24,809 nucleotides of DNA, taken from the IMG/VR virus record IMGVR_UViG_3300049138_000126, positions 1 to 24,809 of that record; one strand, 5' to 3'. Shown here in pieces: positions 7,092-16,168 of the stretch. Every line of letters starts with the position of its first letter. Position 1 is the stretch's first letter. The notes below the pieces were generated by a model. It saw only the letters and a program-made list of their open reading frames with translations, was not told where the DNA came from and searched no databases. This DNA comes from a virus (lineage: Duplodnaviria > Caudoviricetes). A program made the position numbers and the translations under genes.

Positions 7092-7535
7092 TTAGGCGCT
7101 GTAGGACTGGGCGCGGAACCAGATGTTCGCGTTCGCGTGGGAAATCCGGGCGTAGTCCGCCGCGGTGCTCAGGTTCAGCACCCGGGTGTTGTAGGAGTCG
7201 TAGAACCGGACCGTCGCCGACGTGAACCCCTGGGACTGGCCGACCATGATGGTGCGGGCGACGAGAGTCTCATCGACGGTCACTTGGCTGTGGCCCACGT
7301 TGATCAGGTCGTCGTGTTGGATCTCCAGCAGGCCCGCCGAGGTGATCGAGACGCCGGTGACGCCTTTCGGGGTGTGGTTGGCGTCGTCCAGGACCTCAGG
7401 GCCCGTGGACGGGAACCGGATGATGCCGTACACCTCCACGCCCGTCTGCGCCTGGGCGGGTGCGGCCGTGAGGACGACCGAGCCGATGCCTCCGAGGAGA
7501 CCCGCGAGCAAGCCCCGCCGAGTATTCTTCGCCAT
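7092..7535 (-). CDS. Secreted beta-rich protein with a twin-arginine (Tat)-like signal peptide (147 aa)
   Basis: MAKNTRRGLLAGLLGGIGSVVLTAAPAQA|Q, with an AAGGAG RBS before ATG 7535. Confidence 0.7.
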   Translation of the reverse strand: MAKNTRRGLLAGLLGGIGSVVLTAAPAQAQTGVEVYGIIRFPSTGPEVLDDANHTPKGVTGVSITSAGLLEIQHDDLINVGHSQVTVDETLVARTIMVGQSQGFTSATVRFYDSYNTRVLNLSTAADYARISHANANIWFRAQSYSA

Positions 7536-7546
7536 GTGGTGGCTCC

Positions 7547-8053
7547 TTAGGTGAGGCGGCGGGCCACAGCCCAGCCGTAGTCGTGAATCGAAGTCGCGCC
7601 GGGGTCGGAGACGTTCTGCGCCCATTTGAGCGTCAGCGTCGACGGCTCAGACCCAGTGGTGAGCAGGAATTTCTCCCGGACCGCGCATGGCGCCGGAGTG
7701 GTGGCCGTCCCCGACACCCAGGCCGCCAGAGACTGCTCCCGGGAGATGATCAGCGTGTTCGACGACGACGTGCCCGCGATCTCCATCGCCTGGATAGTGC
7801 GGACGGTGGTGGCGCCGCCGGTCACATCCCATTCGGTGACGATGTCCGCGGCGGTCGCGCCGGTCACGCCGTAGTTGACCTCGACGAGGTACGTCGCGGA
7901 CGGTTCGGACACGGTCATTTTCAGGTCCGCATCCCACTGGAGGGTGATGGTCGAGGAGAACATCTGCCGCCCGTTTTTGAACGCGACCAGCAAACCCTTG
8001 TCGCCGAACTTCTTACCGGTCAGGAACTCGTTCGCAGTCCAGACGCGGGTCAT
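7547..8053 (-). CDS. Minor tail/receptor-binding-like protein, paralog 3 (168 aa)
   Basis: TGATG coupling at 8053. Shares motifs with the two upstream genes (DADL...ATYLV...LTLKWAQN). Confidence 0.7.
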   Translation of the reverse strand: MTRVWTANEFLTGKKFGDKGLLVAFKNGRQMFSSTITLQWDADLKMTVSEPSATYLVEVNYGVTGATAADIVTEWDVTGGATTVRTIQAMEIAGTSSSNTLIISREQSLAAWVSGTATTPAPCAVREKFLLTTGSEPSTLTLKWAQNVSDPGATSIHDYGWAVARRLT

Positions 8054-8559
8054 CAGAGGACCCGCTGGATGCGCAGGAACGAGCTCGCTTCGACAACGAC
8101 CGGAGTCGCGGAGGTGACGTTCTGCGCCCACTGCATATGCAGCACACCCCCGGCCGCCTCCGTGTACAGGACGCCCTCCTCGATGATCGACACCGGTGTG
8201 GTGGTGATGCCGTAGGTGACCGCGGTGGGCCAGCCGTGCACGGAGATGCGCATGTTGTCGGCTGTCGCTGTGGCCGCGCCGGCCGGGCCGAGGTTGTGGC
8301 GTCGGCCCTGTGCTCCCGCGGGCACGGAGTAGCCCAGACGAATGTCAGCGGCGGTCGGGCCTGAAGCCGCGAAGCAGCCCAAGACCAGGTAGGTCGAGAA
8401 GGGTTCGACGGGCAGGAACAGTTCGTCGTCCAGCTGGTCAACAATCGAGTTCACGACCGACTCGCTCGTGGTTTTCCAGGCGTAGACCGGTTTCCCGAGG
8501 TTGTAGCCGTGGGCCGTGAACGGGTCACCGGCGATCACAGGCATAGCTTGGACCGCCAT
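8053..8559 (-). CDS. Minor tail/receptor-binding-like protein, paralog 2 (168 aa)
   Basis: KTTSESVVNS...DDELFLPV...STYLV...LHMQWAQN...SFLRIQRV. Confidence 0.72.
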   Translation of the reverse strand: MAVQAMPVIAGDPFTAHGYNLGKPVYAWKTTSESVVNSIVDQLDDELFLPVEPFSTYLVLGCFAASGPTAADIRLGYSVPAGAQGRRHNLGPAGAATATADNMRISVHGWPTAVTYGITTTPVSIIEEGVLYTEAAGGVLHMQWAQNVTSATPVVVEASSFLRIQRVL

Positions 8560-8560
8560 G

Positions 8561-9073
8561 TCACACCACTCTCTGCGCTGTCATCAAGGAGCCCTCACGG
8601 ACGGTCGTCGGGGTGGCGTTCGCGGCCAGCTGCGACCACGTCAACGCGAACGAACCTGCAGTTCCTGCTGTGAACAGCAAGATCTCTTCGCGGATCAGGG
8701 AGTTCTCGGTGCCGTCGGTGCCATACCCGAGGCTCGTCGATATCGACGCCGACCTGGTTTGGATCTTCGTGGCTCGCACCGTCGTCGTCGTCGTGTCGGG
8801 TCCGTGCGTGAACCGCTGCCCGGTTGCCCCAGCAGGGAACGTCCACTGCTGCTTCCAGTCCCCGGCCTGCGCACCAGACACGATCACGACCACGGACACG
8901 TGGTAGGTCGCGTTCGCCGCGACCGGGAGCGTCAAGTGCAGATCGGCGACGTTCACCGTCGAACTCGTGACCGATTGGTTCGCGGTCTTTACGACCGAGA
9001 GCTCCTGTCGGTCGTCGAACAGTGCTTTCGTGGCGACGGTCCCTGCAGTGACATACCGGTAGTAGTAGGTCAT
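8561..9073 (-). CDS. Minor tail/receptor-binding-like protein, paralog 1 (170 aa)
   Basis: KTANQSVTSST...DLHLTLPV...ATYHV...FALTWSQ...SLMTAQRV. Abuts the large tail gene. Confidence 0.72.
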   Translation of the reverse strand: MTYYYRYVTAGTVATKALFDDRQELSVVKTANQSVTSSTVNVADLHLTLPVAANATYHVSVVVIVSGAQAGDWKQQWTFPAGATGQRFTHGPDTTTTTVRATKIQTRSASISTSLGYGTDGTENSLIREEILLFTAGTAGSFALTWSQLAANATPTTVREGSLMTAQRVV

Positions 9074-11845
9074 CTACAGCCCCACATAGTTCGGCTGGAA
9101 CAAGCCCACCGAGGCACCGGCAGCGTGCGACTTGCTGACGGTGTTGACCGCCCTGGTGACCGTGAACCGTTGCGGGTGCAGCGTCGCGTCCGTGTCGAAC
9201 TGCAGCAGCACCGGCAGCGCATTCGTGTTCCCCGAGTTCAGTCGGACCCGGCAACCCCACACCCCAGCGGCAGTGAGCTGCGTGTCATACGCCGTCAGCG
9301 TCCACTGGGGCGGCTCAGTCGATCCACCCCAGATCTTCATGAACAATCTGGGTCCGTCCAGGCGGAACCGGATCCGGAAATCCGTGGTCGTCCCGTGCGT
9401 GAGTCCAGCGACGGTCCTCGACGCGAGGGTCGTGACCGTCCCCGCGAGGACGACCTGCAGTTGCGCTGTCACCGACTGGTCCGTCTCGACCTGGAGTGCC
9501 GCCGCGTAGTAGGAGTTCGCAGCGACATCCCAGCGAGCGGCCTGCCGGACGAGGATGCCCGCGCCCGTCGCCAAGACCGGGATGCGTGTGATGAACGTCC
9601 GGTCCAGATTCGCGACCGGCAACGTGTCGATGTAGGTGGAGCGGAGTGCGTTGACCGCACCCAGGGAGATGATCCCGCGAGTGCCGTTCACGCTGTAGTC
9701 CGCGGCGACACCGCCGTTCGTCGACCAAGCATGCCCGGACGTGGAAGTGCCCCAACCGTTCGAGACCGACCTGGTAAACGAATCCGTAAACGAACCGGCT
9801 ATCGCCGAGGTCGTCATGCGCTCCCCGCCGATCCCGATGTCGAAACCGGCGCTCGTGGTCCACTCCGGGCCCTCGTACGTCTCCACATCGAACGTCGTCG
9901 CACTGGAAGTGAGAGCATTGACCAGGCTTGAACCGGCGGTGTCCATCCGGCCGTACTCGGTGTGGTCCAGGCGCGCGATCCGGTACCGCGACGCCGGGGA
10001 GCAGTACAACTCCACGACCCACGAGAACTGGTCCATGGACTCCTGGTAGCCCTCCAGGATCAGGTCGATGCTGTCCACAACCCCAGGTGGAGGATCGGGG
10101 ATCAAAACCCGGTCGCCGAGCTCAGCGACTTTCCATGCCGCGATCTGGCCGGTCGCCCCGTGCAGGAGGACCTGAATCCGGGGGTACCGGTAGTCCCTCC
10201 GGGTCCCCTGGTAGAGGACCCATCCGGCGTGGTCGGGCAGCCGGTCGGGGTAGCGGACGTTCCGTGACGCGGAGATCTCGTTCTCCACCGCCGACACGGA
10301 CGCCGTCGCCGACGACCCCGCACCCGAGACTGTCGCCTGCGTCGCGAGGTAGTGGTCGTCGTCGCCCTGCTCCAGGATCGAGAAATCGGCCTGCGTCAAC
10401 GTCAACGCGGGGGCCCCGAGAGTGTTCGCGTTGAGCAGCGACCGCGCCCGATACCGCAGCGACCCCGAACCGAAATCCCTCGGCTCGAAAAGGATCCCGC
10501 CGTCGGCCTCCACAGCGTCGGCGATGACCCCGAGAATGCTCGCCTTCGGCTGCTCCCCGAGCCGCTCGTACATCGCCGACTCTGTCGACGACGTCGACAT
10601 CGAATACAGCAGCGCGCATTCCTCGTCGAGCCGGTTCAGGCGGGTGCTCGTCGTCTCGCCCGCACCAGTCAGGAACGCGTTCATCGCGTTCGCGTACCGG
10701 TCGATGTAGGTAATCGGCAGGTCATCGTCGTACACCGCGAGATGCCCGACTGCCAACAGGTCGGGGGCGGTGTTGATCGTCGGCGCCGGGAAGCTGACTT
10801 TCCTTATGGTGCCGAGGGTTTTGCTGGTGAGGCTATGCGTGTACGTGACGCCCTCGTATCGGATGCGGAACGAGATGTCGGAGCCGGACTGGGCGGCGCG
10901 CACCGCGACCGCATGCCACTCCCCATCCCCAGGGGGTTTCGTAGTAATCGCCCCGGTGTCCAGTGTCCCCAGCAGGGTGTCGTCCTCCTGGTACACGTGC
11001 AGCACGAGTTTTGTATCGGTCACCACCAGCCGCAGCCGGTCGGGCTGGGTGCTGCCCTCGGATTTGTTGATGTCGCAGTCCATCAAGGTCGTCGACCAGG
11101 CCGTGTCGGACTCGATTTTGAAGGCGCCGAGTACGTTCCACTCCCCGGTGCCCGCGTACGGGCGGACGATCCCCGTCGCACTCGGCGGGTTCGCTTTCAT
11201 GAACTCGTAGTCCGAGTGCGGCGTCGGCTCCGACCCGGCAGGCGGTGAGGACGCACCCAGCTCGATCGACCCGGTCACTGTCATCGCGATCCCGTCAGGG
11301 AAGAACGAGCTGCATTCCGTGGCGTTTTTGCCGTCTTCCATCGGCCAGTACTCGATGCACCCGGTGTTGCTGGAGGGCAGGTTCGGTGCCGTCCAGTACA
11401 GCGGCGAATGCGCCCCCTGCGTCCCCAGCCGGCGCAGGATCGAATCCGCCGTCACCGACACCCACGAATCCGAACCCGCAGGGCCACGCCACTGGTTCGG
11501 CAGTTTCGACAGGTACCCCGAGAACCGGGTCGACCACGACCCCCCGGAGTCGGTGGAGGCACTGAGCCGGATCGGCGTGTTCACCTGCAGCAGCGGAAAA
11601 TACGGCGACAGGGGGTTCTGGGTGCAGAACCTGCCATCCCCGTTCTCCAGATCGAACGTGGCCGTCGACGGCGACGTCGACCCGGAGTCGTTCCGCCGGC
11701 CCCGGTTGACCACCACTTTCGATCCGTCGGCGGTCCGTAGCTTGGCGGAGATGTCCGTCCACGACCACAGAGCAGGGTCGCCAGTAATATCCGCGCCGAG
11801 CGCGATCTCGGCTTTCACTTTCAGCGGGTCGGTAGGGAATACCAT
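9074..11845 (-). CDS. Large minor tail (tail tip/baseplate) protein, 923 aa, with a probable LamG/ConA-like insert
   Basis: Immediately after the tape measure gene (TGATG overlap). Beta-rich, with EYWPMEDG and DGEWHAVAV lectin-like motifs and FTDSFTRSVSNGWG in the C-terminal region. Confidence 0.78.
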   Translation of the reverse strand: MVFPTDPLKVKAEIALGADITGDPALWSWTDISAKLRTADGSKVVVNRGRRNDSGSTSPSTATFDLENGDGRFCTQNPLSPYFPLLQVNTPIRLSASTDSGGSWSTRFSGYLSKLPNQWRGPAGSDSWVSVTADSILRRLGTQGAHSPLYWTAPNLPSSNTGCIEYWPMEDGKNATECSSFFPDGIAMTVTGSIELGASSPPAGSEPTPHSDYEFMKANPPSATGIVRPYAGTGEWNVLGAFKIESDTAWSTTLMDCDINKSEGSTQPDRLRLVVTDTKLVLHVYQEDDTLLGTLDTGAITTKPPGDGEWHAVAVRAAQSGSDISFRIRYEGVTYTHSLTSKTLGTIRKVSFPAPTINTAPDLLAVGHLAVYDDDLPITYIDRYANAMNAFLTGAGETTSTRLNRLDEECALLYSMSTSSTESAMYERLGEQPKASILGVIADAVEADGGILFEPRDFGSGSLRYRARSLLNANTLGAPALTLTQADFSILEQGDDDHYLATQATVSGAGSSATASVSAVENEISASRNVRYPDRLPDHAGWVLYQGTRRDYRYPRIQVLLHGATGQIAAWKVAELGDRVLIPDPPPGVVDSIDLILEGYQESMDQFSWVVELYCSPASRYRIARLDHTEYGRMDTAGSSLVNALTSSATTFDVETYEGPEWTTSAGFDIGIGGERMTTSAIAGSFTDSFTRSVSNGWGTSTSGHAWSTNGGVAADYSVNGTRGIISLGAVNALRSTYIDTLPVANLDRTFITRIPVLATGAGILVRQAARWDVAANSYYAAALQVETDQSVTAQLQVVLAGTVTTLASRTVAGLTHGTTTDFRIRFRLDGPRLFMKIWGGSTEPPQWTLTAYDTQLTAAGVWGCRVRLNSGNTNALPVLLQFDTDATLHPQRFTVTRAVNTVSKSHAAGASVGLFQPNYVGL

Positions 11846-14544
11846 CAGCTGGTCCCGAACGCGGCCTGGACGTTGCCGGCGCCCCGCACGCGGACGATTT
11901 CCTGCAAGGCGCGAGCCATCGGATCAGAGCTGTTCGCGAAGTCCAATCGCACCGTCACAGTGCTATGCGAGGCTGCCGCGCCCGACATGGCCTGACCCGC
12001 ACCGGTGTTCCGGTCCATGCCATTCCAGACCGGCACGCCGCGGCCCGAATTGACGGCCTCCAGCAGCGTCCGGTAGCGCCTCGTCGACGCCGCATTGACG
12101 ATGAACTCGCCGTTGCTGACCCTGATCAAGTTCGCGTCGTCGCGCGGTCCCCCTCGGCCGCTGAACATCCCCCCAGAGGGAAACGCAGGCAGGCCTCCGG
12201 AGGCGAACCCAGGCACATAGCCGCCGTCCGCGTACCCCATGGGAGACTCCCCGCCCTTCGGGATCCACGGCCGCTGACCAGTAGTCACATAGCTCGTCTT
12301 GACGGTGGTCTGCACCAGGGACGGAATCTGGTCGAACGCCGCGGCGTAGTCGTCGATCTGGTCCTCGGTCAACCCGAGCCGCCTCGCCAGAGCCCGGAAC
12401 TCCGCCTCGAGATCCTCAGCGACCGCCATCGCCTCCTCCTGGGAGCCTGTCGACTCGGCTACCGCCGACACCTGGTCGAGGTAGGCGCCGATGAGGTTGC
12501 GAACGGTCTCCCGGTTCGACAGGGCAGCCTCGGAGTTGCCATCGATCGCGAAGCCGTTCTCCTCGAATTCGGCGGTTGCGGCATTGACGATCGACGCCAC
12601 CGCGTCCTCGGCCTCCTGGACACCGAACAGGGTCTCCGTGATCTGCCGCAGCGCCTCGTCGAGTTCTTGAATCCCCGACATCGCCTCCGAGGCGGCATCG
12701 GTGGAGACACGCAACTGCTCGGCGTACAACTGCGTTGCCGCAGAGGCGCCCTCTGTCGCTTCGGTGCCAGTCTCGGTGCCGAGACGCAGATTCTCTGCCC
12801 GGTCAGCGGCCTCGTCGTACGTGCCCTGCAATTCACCCAGCTGGCCGTCGAGGTAGTCGACCGCGTCGGCCTGGTTCCACTCCTCGTCGGTCATCTGCCG
12901 GAACTCGTCGCCGGTCTCACCGGACGCGGCACGCAGCTCGTCGTAGTAGGTCTTCTGCTCGGCCAGGGCGTCAGTGCCGTTCAGCACCGAGTCGACAAGC
13001 TCGGACTGGGAGATCCCGAATTCCTTCGCGGTCTCGAACGCGCCGATGGCCTCAAGTTCGTTCGCGACCCACGCCCGAGTGTTTTCGGTGATCGCACCGG
13101 TCTGCGAGTCCAGGGTCGACGACAGGTCGTCCGTTTTCGCTGACGACTGTGCCTGCGCCGCCGAGAACGCGCCGAGCACGGTCACGGCTACACCGATGGC
13201 GGCACCCCAGGGCCCGAACAAAAAACCCGTCAACCCGGAGAGGGCCCTCTTCGCCATCAGGGCCCTACTGGTTCCCATGTCCGCGAGGGCAGCGTTCAAC
13301 GCGTGCACCTTCGGCACCGCGACGATCGCGGCCCCGCCAAGGATCGTGATCGCGGCACCAGCCGCGCCAATCCACACCGCGGCCTGCTGCACCGGCGCGG
13401 GCAGAGCCGAGAACGCCTGAACCGCACTCGTGGCGGCCTGCGCCATCGCGCGAAGCGCATCGTTGGCGCCCGAGCCCGACTGGATGAGGGCCGAGTCCAG
13501 CGTCGACTTCAACTTGGTCAAGTCGCCGTTAAGGTTGTCGAGACGATCCGCCGCAACCTCGGCGGCGTACCCGGAGTCGTTGACCGCCAGGTTCCAGTCC
13601 GTGATTCCCTGCGACCCCTCCGTGTACAGCACGTTCGCCGCGCGCACCGCATCCGCCCCGAAGATCGTGGCAAGCGCAGCGTCCCGCTCGGCCTGTGTGA
13701 GGCCCTGCATTTGGCTCTTCAACTGCCCGGCGAGATCAGTGAGGCCGACGAAGTTCCCGGCTGCGTCGTACGCGTTGATGCCGAGGTCCTCCATGAGCGT
13801 CGATGCTTCTTTGGAGGGGTTCGCGAGCATCATGAGCATCGTCTTGAGGGAGGTGCCGGCATCCGAGCCGATCAGGCCCGCGGACGCGAACGCCGCGAGG
13901 GCCCCCGTACCGTCCTCGATGCTGATGCCGAACTGGTTCAGGACCAGGCCGCTTTGCTGCAAGGCCATGCCGAGGTCCGCAACAGACCCCAAGGACTTCC
14001 CTGCCGCGGCGGCAAGGAGATCCGCAACATGAGGGATCTGGTCGCCGGAGAGACCGAACTGCTGCATCGCCAGGGCCGCGATCTCCGCCGCATCGGCCAC
14101 GGCCATAGACCCGGCCGCAGCCAGCGACAGTGCCCCGTCGAGGCCGCCGTCGAGAATGTCCCGGGTGGAGATACCTGCTTTGCCGAGCTCCTCGATCGCC
14201 TGCGCCGCTTCCGTCGCGCTGTAGGCGGTGCTAGCGCCTGCTTCTAGGGCGGCTTCGCGGAGCAGACCCATGGCTGCGTCGGTTTCGTGCAGCACCGCGT
14301 TGACGTTGCTCATCTGCGCGTCGAAGTCGGCGAACTTCTTGACCGCGTAGCCGACCCCGAGCGCGAGTGCGGTCCCGGCGATCATGGCCGTATGCGACAA
14401 CTGGTCGGCGACCTCACGGTGCGCCATGACGTTCTTCTGGATCTCGCCTCGGGCGTCGACCCACGCCTGCTTGTAGTTCCGGATCGCAGTGATGGCGCCG
14501 GCCATCTGCATGCGAATACCGACCGACACTGTCCGCTCTGCCAC
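11845..14544 (-). CDS. Tail tape measure protein (~899 aa)
   Basis: Ala/Gly-rich helical protein with a TP901-type core (FDAQMSNV...YSATEAAQAIEELGKAG...GSDAGTSLKTML), a hydrophobic middle and a C-terminal ADGG...SNGEFIVNA. Likely GTG start at 14544, right after the chaperone extension stop. Confidence 0.93.
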   Translation of the reverse strand: MAERTVSVGIRMQMAGAITAIRNYKQAWVDARGEIQKNVMAHREVADQLSHTAMIAGTALALGVGYAVKKFADFDAQMSNVNAVLHETDAAMGLLREAALEAGASTAYSATEAAQAIEELGKAGISTRDILDGGLDGALSLAAAGSMAVADAAEIAALAMQQFGLSGDQIPHVADLLAAAAGKSLGSVADLGMALQQSGLVLNQFGISIEDGTGALAAFASAGLIGSDAGTSLKTMLMMLANPSKEASTLMEDLGINAYDAAGNFVGLTDLAGQLKSQMQGLTQAERDAALATIFGADAVRAANVLYTEGSQGITDWNLAVNDSGYAAEVAADRLDNLNGDLTKLKSTLDSALIQSGSGANDALRAMAQAATSAVQAFSALPAPVQQAAVWIGAAGAAITILGGAAIVAVPKVHALNAALADMGTSRALMAKRALSGLTGFLFGPWGAAIGVAVTVLGAFSAAQAQSSAKTDDLSSTLDSQTGAITENTRAWVANELEAIGAFETAKEFGISQSELVDSVLNGTDALAEQKTYYDELRAASGETGDEFRQMTDEEWNQADAVDYLDGQLGELQGTYDEAADRAENLRLGTETGTEATEGASAATQLYAEQLRVSTDAASEAMSGIQELDEALRQITETLFGVQEAEDAVASIVNAATAEFEENGFAIDGNSEAALSNRETVRNLIGAYLDQVSAVAESTGSQEEAMAVAEDLEAEFRALARRLGLTEDQIDDYAAAFDQIPSLVQTTVKTSYVTTGQRPWIPKGGESPMGYADGGYVPGFASGGLPAFPSGGMFSGRGGPRDDANLIRVSNGEFIVNAASTRRYRTLLEAVNSGRGVPVWNGMDRNTGAGQAMSGAAASHSTVTVRLDFANSSDPMARALQEIVRVRGAGNVQAAFGTS

Positions 14545-14545
14545 G

Positions 14546-14956
14546 TCACCACCGCTCTCTGACGTTGAGGAACAAGGCTTGCGGCTGGGGTTTCTTCTGG
14601 CCGCGGATCTGGTCGGCACCGATACCGATTGCGGTGCACCGGTGGCATCGAGTGGGGTCGTCGGGCAAATACTTGCCGTCGTTCTCCGGGAGCGTCGTCT
14701 CGGAGAGCCGCCCGTGGCAGCCGGGGCATTCGTCGCCCTCAGCGAGCGCGAGCGCGAGCATCCAGTCCTGCTGTTCGTCGTCCCACTCGGTTTCGCGTTC
14801 GGTCACGGTTACCATGCGGCCGTCGCGTTTCTCGCGCCACGAGTAGGTTTTCGGCTCCCAGCCGTCGAGCCGCTTCAAGCTGATGCCGAGCGTCCTGGCC
14901 GTGGTGACCTTCGCCCGAAGCTCGCCCGACTCGTGGAGCCGCTCGGTCAGAAAGGG
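14546..14956 (-). CDS. Tail assembly chaperone C-terminal extension (gpT-like), reached by -1 frameshift
   Basis: Open -1 frame from the slippery site to TGA at 14546: LTERLHESGELR...CPGC...CHRC...RERW. Confidence 0.75.
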   Translation of the reverse strand, partial: PFLTERLHESGELRAKVTTARTLGISLKRLDGWEPKTYSWREKRDGRMVTVTERETEWDDEQQDWMLALALAEGDECPGCHGRLSETTLPENDGKYLPDDPTRCHRCTAIGIGADQIRGQKKPQPQALFLNVRERW

Positions 14957-15399
14957 AGGCTGGAGCCCTGAAGGTTCAGTGCTTGGGCTGCGGCCACCAG
15001 ACGAATCCACTCGCCCTCGGTGAGGACCTCGTCGATCTGGGTCCACTCCTGGTCGGTGGGGACAGGGTCGACGATGCTGGCCCGCACCATCGCCTCATAG
15101 AGGGTGTCCTCGTTGTAGCCGACTTTCCGGTCGTCGACGTGGTCTTTCCTGGGCGGGTGGGCCTTGATCAGCTCCGTCCACTGCTTGCGCGGCAGGGCGC
15201 GGAGGGTGAACCGGATCGTCGCCGCTTCCACTGCTTCGGCGAGCTCGTCGGGGACGGTGGGCTTGCCTCCGAGGGAATCTGCGGCAGTGCGCACCGCTTT
15301 CCGCTCGGCCTCCCGGTAGGCCTCGATCGCCGAAGCGTCGAGGCACACCGGGACGACCCGCTCGGGAAGCTTCGCCTTGTTGAGGGCTTCGATCGCCAT
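14947..15399 (-). CDS. Tail assembly chaperone (gpG-like)
   Basis: 150 aa between tail tube and tape measure. FTLRALPRKQWTELIKAHPP motif, ends at the slippery site. Confidence 0.85.
   Translation of the reverse strand: MAIEALNKAKLPERVVPVCLDASAIEAYREAERKAVRTAADSLGGKPTVPDELAEAVEAATIRFTLRALPRKQWTELIKAHPPRKDHVDDRKVGYNEDTLYEAMVRASIVDPVPTDQEWTQIDEVLTEGEWIRLVAAAQALNLQGSSLPF
14950..14956 (-). other. Programmed -1 ribosomal frameshift slippery heptamer C CCT TTC
   Basis: X XXY YYZ in the correct phase, directly before the chaperone TGA (14947-14949). Confidence 0.8.
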
Positions 15400-15878
15400 C
15401 AGGCGGCCACTGCCCGCAGTTCAGGGTCGGACGTGATCATCGTCGGCACCTCGTACCGCGCGGTCGTGTTCGCCTCGGGCGCGAGTTCCCGGGTCTCGCC
15501 GCACGCAATCGGGTAGACGCTGACCTTGTCTGCGGCGGCCCACGCCGTGGAGGCGTCCACGTAGCGGCGCACCACGATGTTGCCCTCCACGCCGCGCACC
15601 AGCGTCGTGTAGGTCGTGTCGGTGCCGGTCTGCTTCTTGATCCGCAGCAGGGTGCCCGAGAACGAGGCCCGGCCGGGACGCTTCGTGTCGAACGTGGACG
15701 AAAGGCTGGTCGTGTCGACCTCGGCCGTTTCCGGCTCGAAGCCGACAAGACCGTCCGCAGTGATGAACGTGTCGATGTCGTCGCCGGCGTTGATCTCGAC
15801 GACGGTCGGCGCGGCGATGTTGGTGATCGTCGGCACGAACGCGACCTTGACGGTGCCGTCGACAATGATGTCGCCCAT
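15399..15878 (-). CDS. Major tail (tube) protein, 159 aa
   Basis: MGDIIVDGTVKVAFVPTITNIAAPTVVEINAG...PGR...VVRR...KVSVYP. Sits before the chaperone. ATG 15878 preferred over the ORF-track start at 16208. Confidence 0.85.
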   Translation of the reverse strand: MGDIIVDGTVKVAFVPTITNIAAPTVVEINAGDDIDTFITADGLVGFEPETAEVDTTSLSSTFDTKRPGRASFSGTLLRIKKQTGTDTTYTTLVRGVEGNIVVRRYVDASTAWAAADKVSVYPIACGETRELAPEANTTARYEVPTMITSDPELRAVAA

Positions 15879-15880
15879 AG

Positions 15881-16063
15881 CTACTTGTCCTTCCGGGTGT
15901 TCGTGGTCTGGGGCATGACCAGGTCGGCCATGGGCTCTGTGTCGGTGGTTTCGACCGGAGCGGAGGCTCGCGTCCAGCCCTTCGCGATCCAGTCGTTGAC
16001 GGCGGCCACAGGGCACGCCCACTCGCCCTTCGTCTGCGGATGGCGCAGCAGCACGGTCTTCAT
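15881..16063 (-). CDS. Small hypothetical virion-module protein (60 aa)
   Basis: AGGAGAA RBS; MKTVLLRHPQTKGEWACP...WIAKGW; ends 2 nt before the tail tube start. Confidence 0.65.
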   Translation of the reverse strand: MKTVLLRHPQTKGEWACPVAAVNDWIAKGWTRASAPVETTDTEPMADLVMPQTTNTRKDK

Positions 16064-16168
16064 TGGTTCTCCTGGTGATTGATCGATTACGAATGGGGAC
16101 GTTCGGTCGATGTAGACCAACGCCACCGCAGGTACAGTGAAAGTTCTCGACCCCTGAGAGAGGCCCCG

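Noticed and set aside
7547-9073. Diversity-generating retroelement or shufflon acting on the tail paralogs
   Set aside because: No reverse transcriptase or invertase, no long TR/VR pair and no inverted crossover sites seen. Only a 15-nt shared stretch.
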